Below are positions 33,999 through 34,449 of a stretch of 34,449 nucleotides of DNA, piece after piece. The DNA lies in IMG/VR virus record IMGVR_UViG_3300012942_000032, positions 122,282 to 156,730 of that record; one strand, 5' to 3'. Position 1 is the stretch's first letter; every line of letters starts with the position of its first letter. The notes beneath the pieces are model-generated. The model saw nothing but the letters and a program-made list of their open reading frames with translations, searched no databases and had not been told where the DNA came from. The stretch is from a virus (taxonomy: Duplodnaviria > Heunggongvirae > Uroviricota > Caudoviricetes). The position numbers were made by a program, and so were the translations under genes.

Positions 33999-34449
33999 TT
34001 AAGCGGCACTAGCAGTTTGGGCGTCAACTTCAGGATATGCAGTTGTACCATCATCCGTTGTGTAGCTGACTACAATCTTGTACTTGGTATCTTCTGTTAG
34101 ACCTGTAATTGCTTTAGTGGTCGTTCCAGTGGCAACCGCAAACGGGCTACCATCTACTTCTACAGGATTATCTGGATCACTGATATCCGAAATATCGACC
34201 GAGTAACCAGTTACCGTTGCGTCTGGAGCAACCCAGTTAACCGTCAAACCAGTATCAGTGATAGACGCTACTGTAGGCTGAGCATTACCATTCGAGTCTA
34301 GGAATGAATTTGCGCCTGCATTAGGCTTGTAATTCGGCACTACGGCAATATCAAGTGCTTCAAAAGTTCCAGGCTTATAAGAAACAACTTGTTCACCCGT
34401 CTGTGGATTAGCCCAACCGATCTTAGTAGCCGTAGGCTCAAGAGGTGTA
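33999..34449 (-). CDS. Fibronectin type III domain protein, 5' truncated; possible capsid decoration protein
   Basis: Frame stays open from 34340 to the window end (…TATKIGWANPQTGEQVVS…); FN3 pattern ITDTGLTVNWVAP...GYSV...ITGLTEDTKYKIVV. Confidence 0.7.
   Translation of the reverse strand, partial: TPLEPTATKIGWANPQTGEQVVSYKPGTFEALDIAVVPNYKPNAGANSFLDSNGNAQPTVASITDTGLTVNWVAPDATVTGYSVDISDISDPDNPVEVDGSPFAVATGTTTKAITGLTEDTKYKIVVSYTTDDGTTAYPEVDAQTASAA

Noticed and set aside
1-34449. CRISPR arrays, tRNA/rRNA genes, IS elements
   Set aside because: No regularly spaced repeats, cloverleaf-like segments or transposase motifs seen; the window is almost entirely coding.

Overview
Core region of a large T4-like (Tevenvirinae-type) myophage genome with a Gram-negative host (spanins present). 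From left to right: end of major capsid gp23, dNMP kinase, endolysin, gp3, uvsY, a GIY-YIG homing endonuclease, a uvsW helicase split by an HNH homing endonuclease, gp55, gp47/46, gp45/44/62, regA, dUTPase, a RyR-domain protein, gp43 and uvsX. Next come a 7-deazaguanine DNA-modification cluster (folE, unknown ORF, TGT/DpdA-like, T-fold QueD/DpdL-like, glycosyltransferase, queE), gp41, three different nucleotidyl-transfer enzymes in tandem, a His-rich putative internal head protein, a ParB-like protein, gp26/gp51, a tape-measure-like protein and, on the minus strand, nested Rz/Rz1 spanins. Most striking: (1) the 3' uvsW fragment has exactly TAG TAA inserted inside the conserved helicase motif ASY|GTFSTG, right after a 10-bp hairpin, which parallels the T4 mobA/gene 60 homing-endonuclease-plus-ribosomal-bypass cassette; (2) the deazaguanine cluster has a glycosyltransferase but no queC, and its transglycosylase ends in the same SLEDLF clamp-binding-like tail as the DNA polymerase; (3) a probable -1 frameshift fuses gp26 to a start-less gp51; (4) the His-rich protein looks like a protease-processed polyprotein. 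All product calls come from motif recognition by eye; no searches were run.
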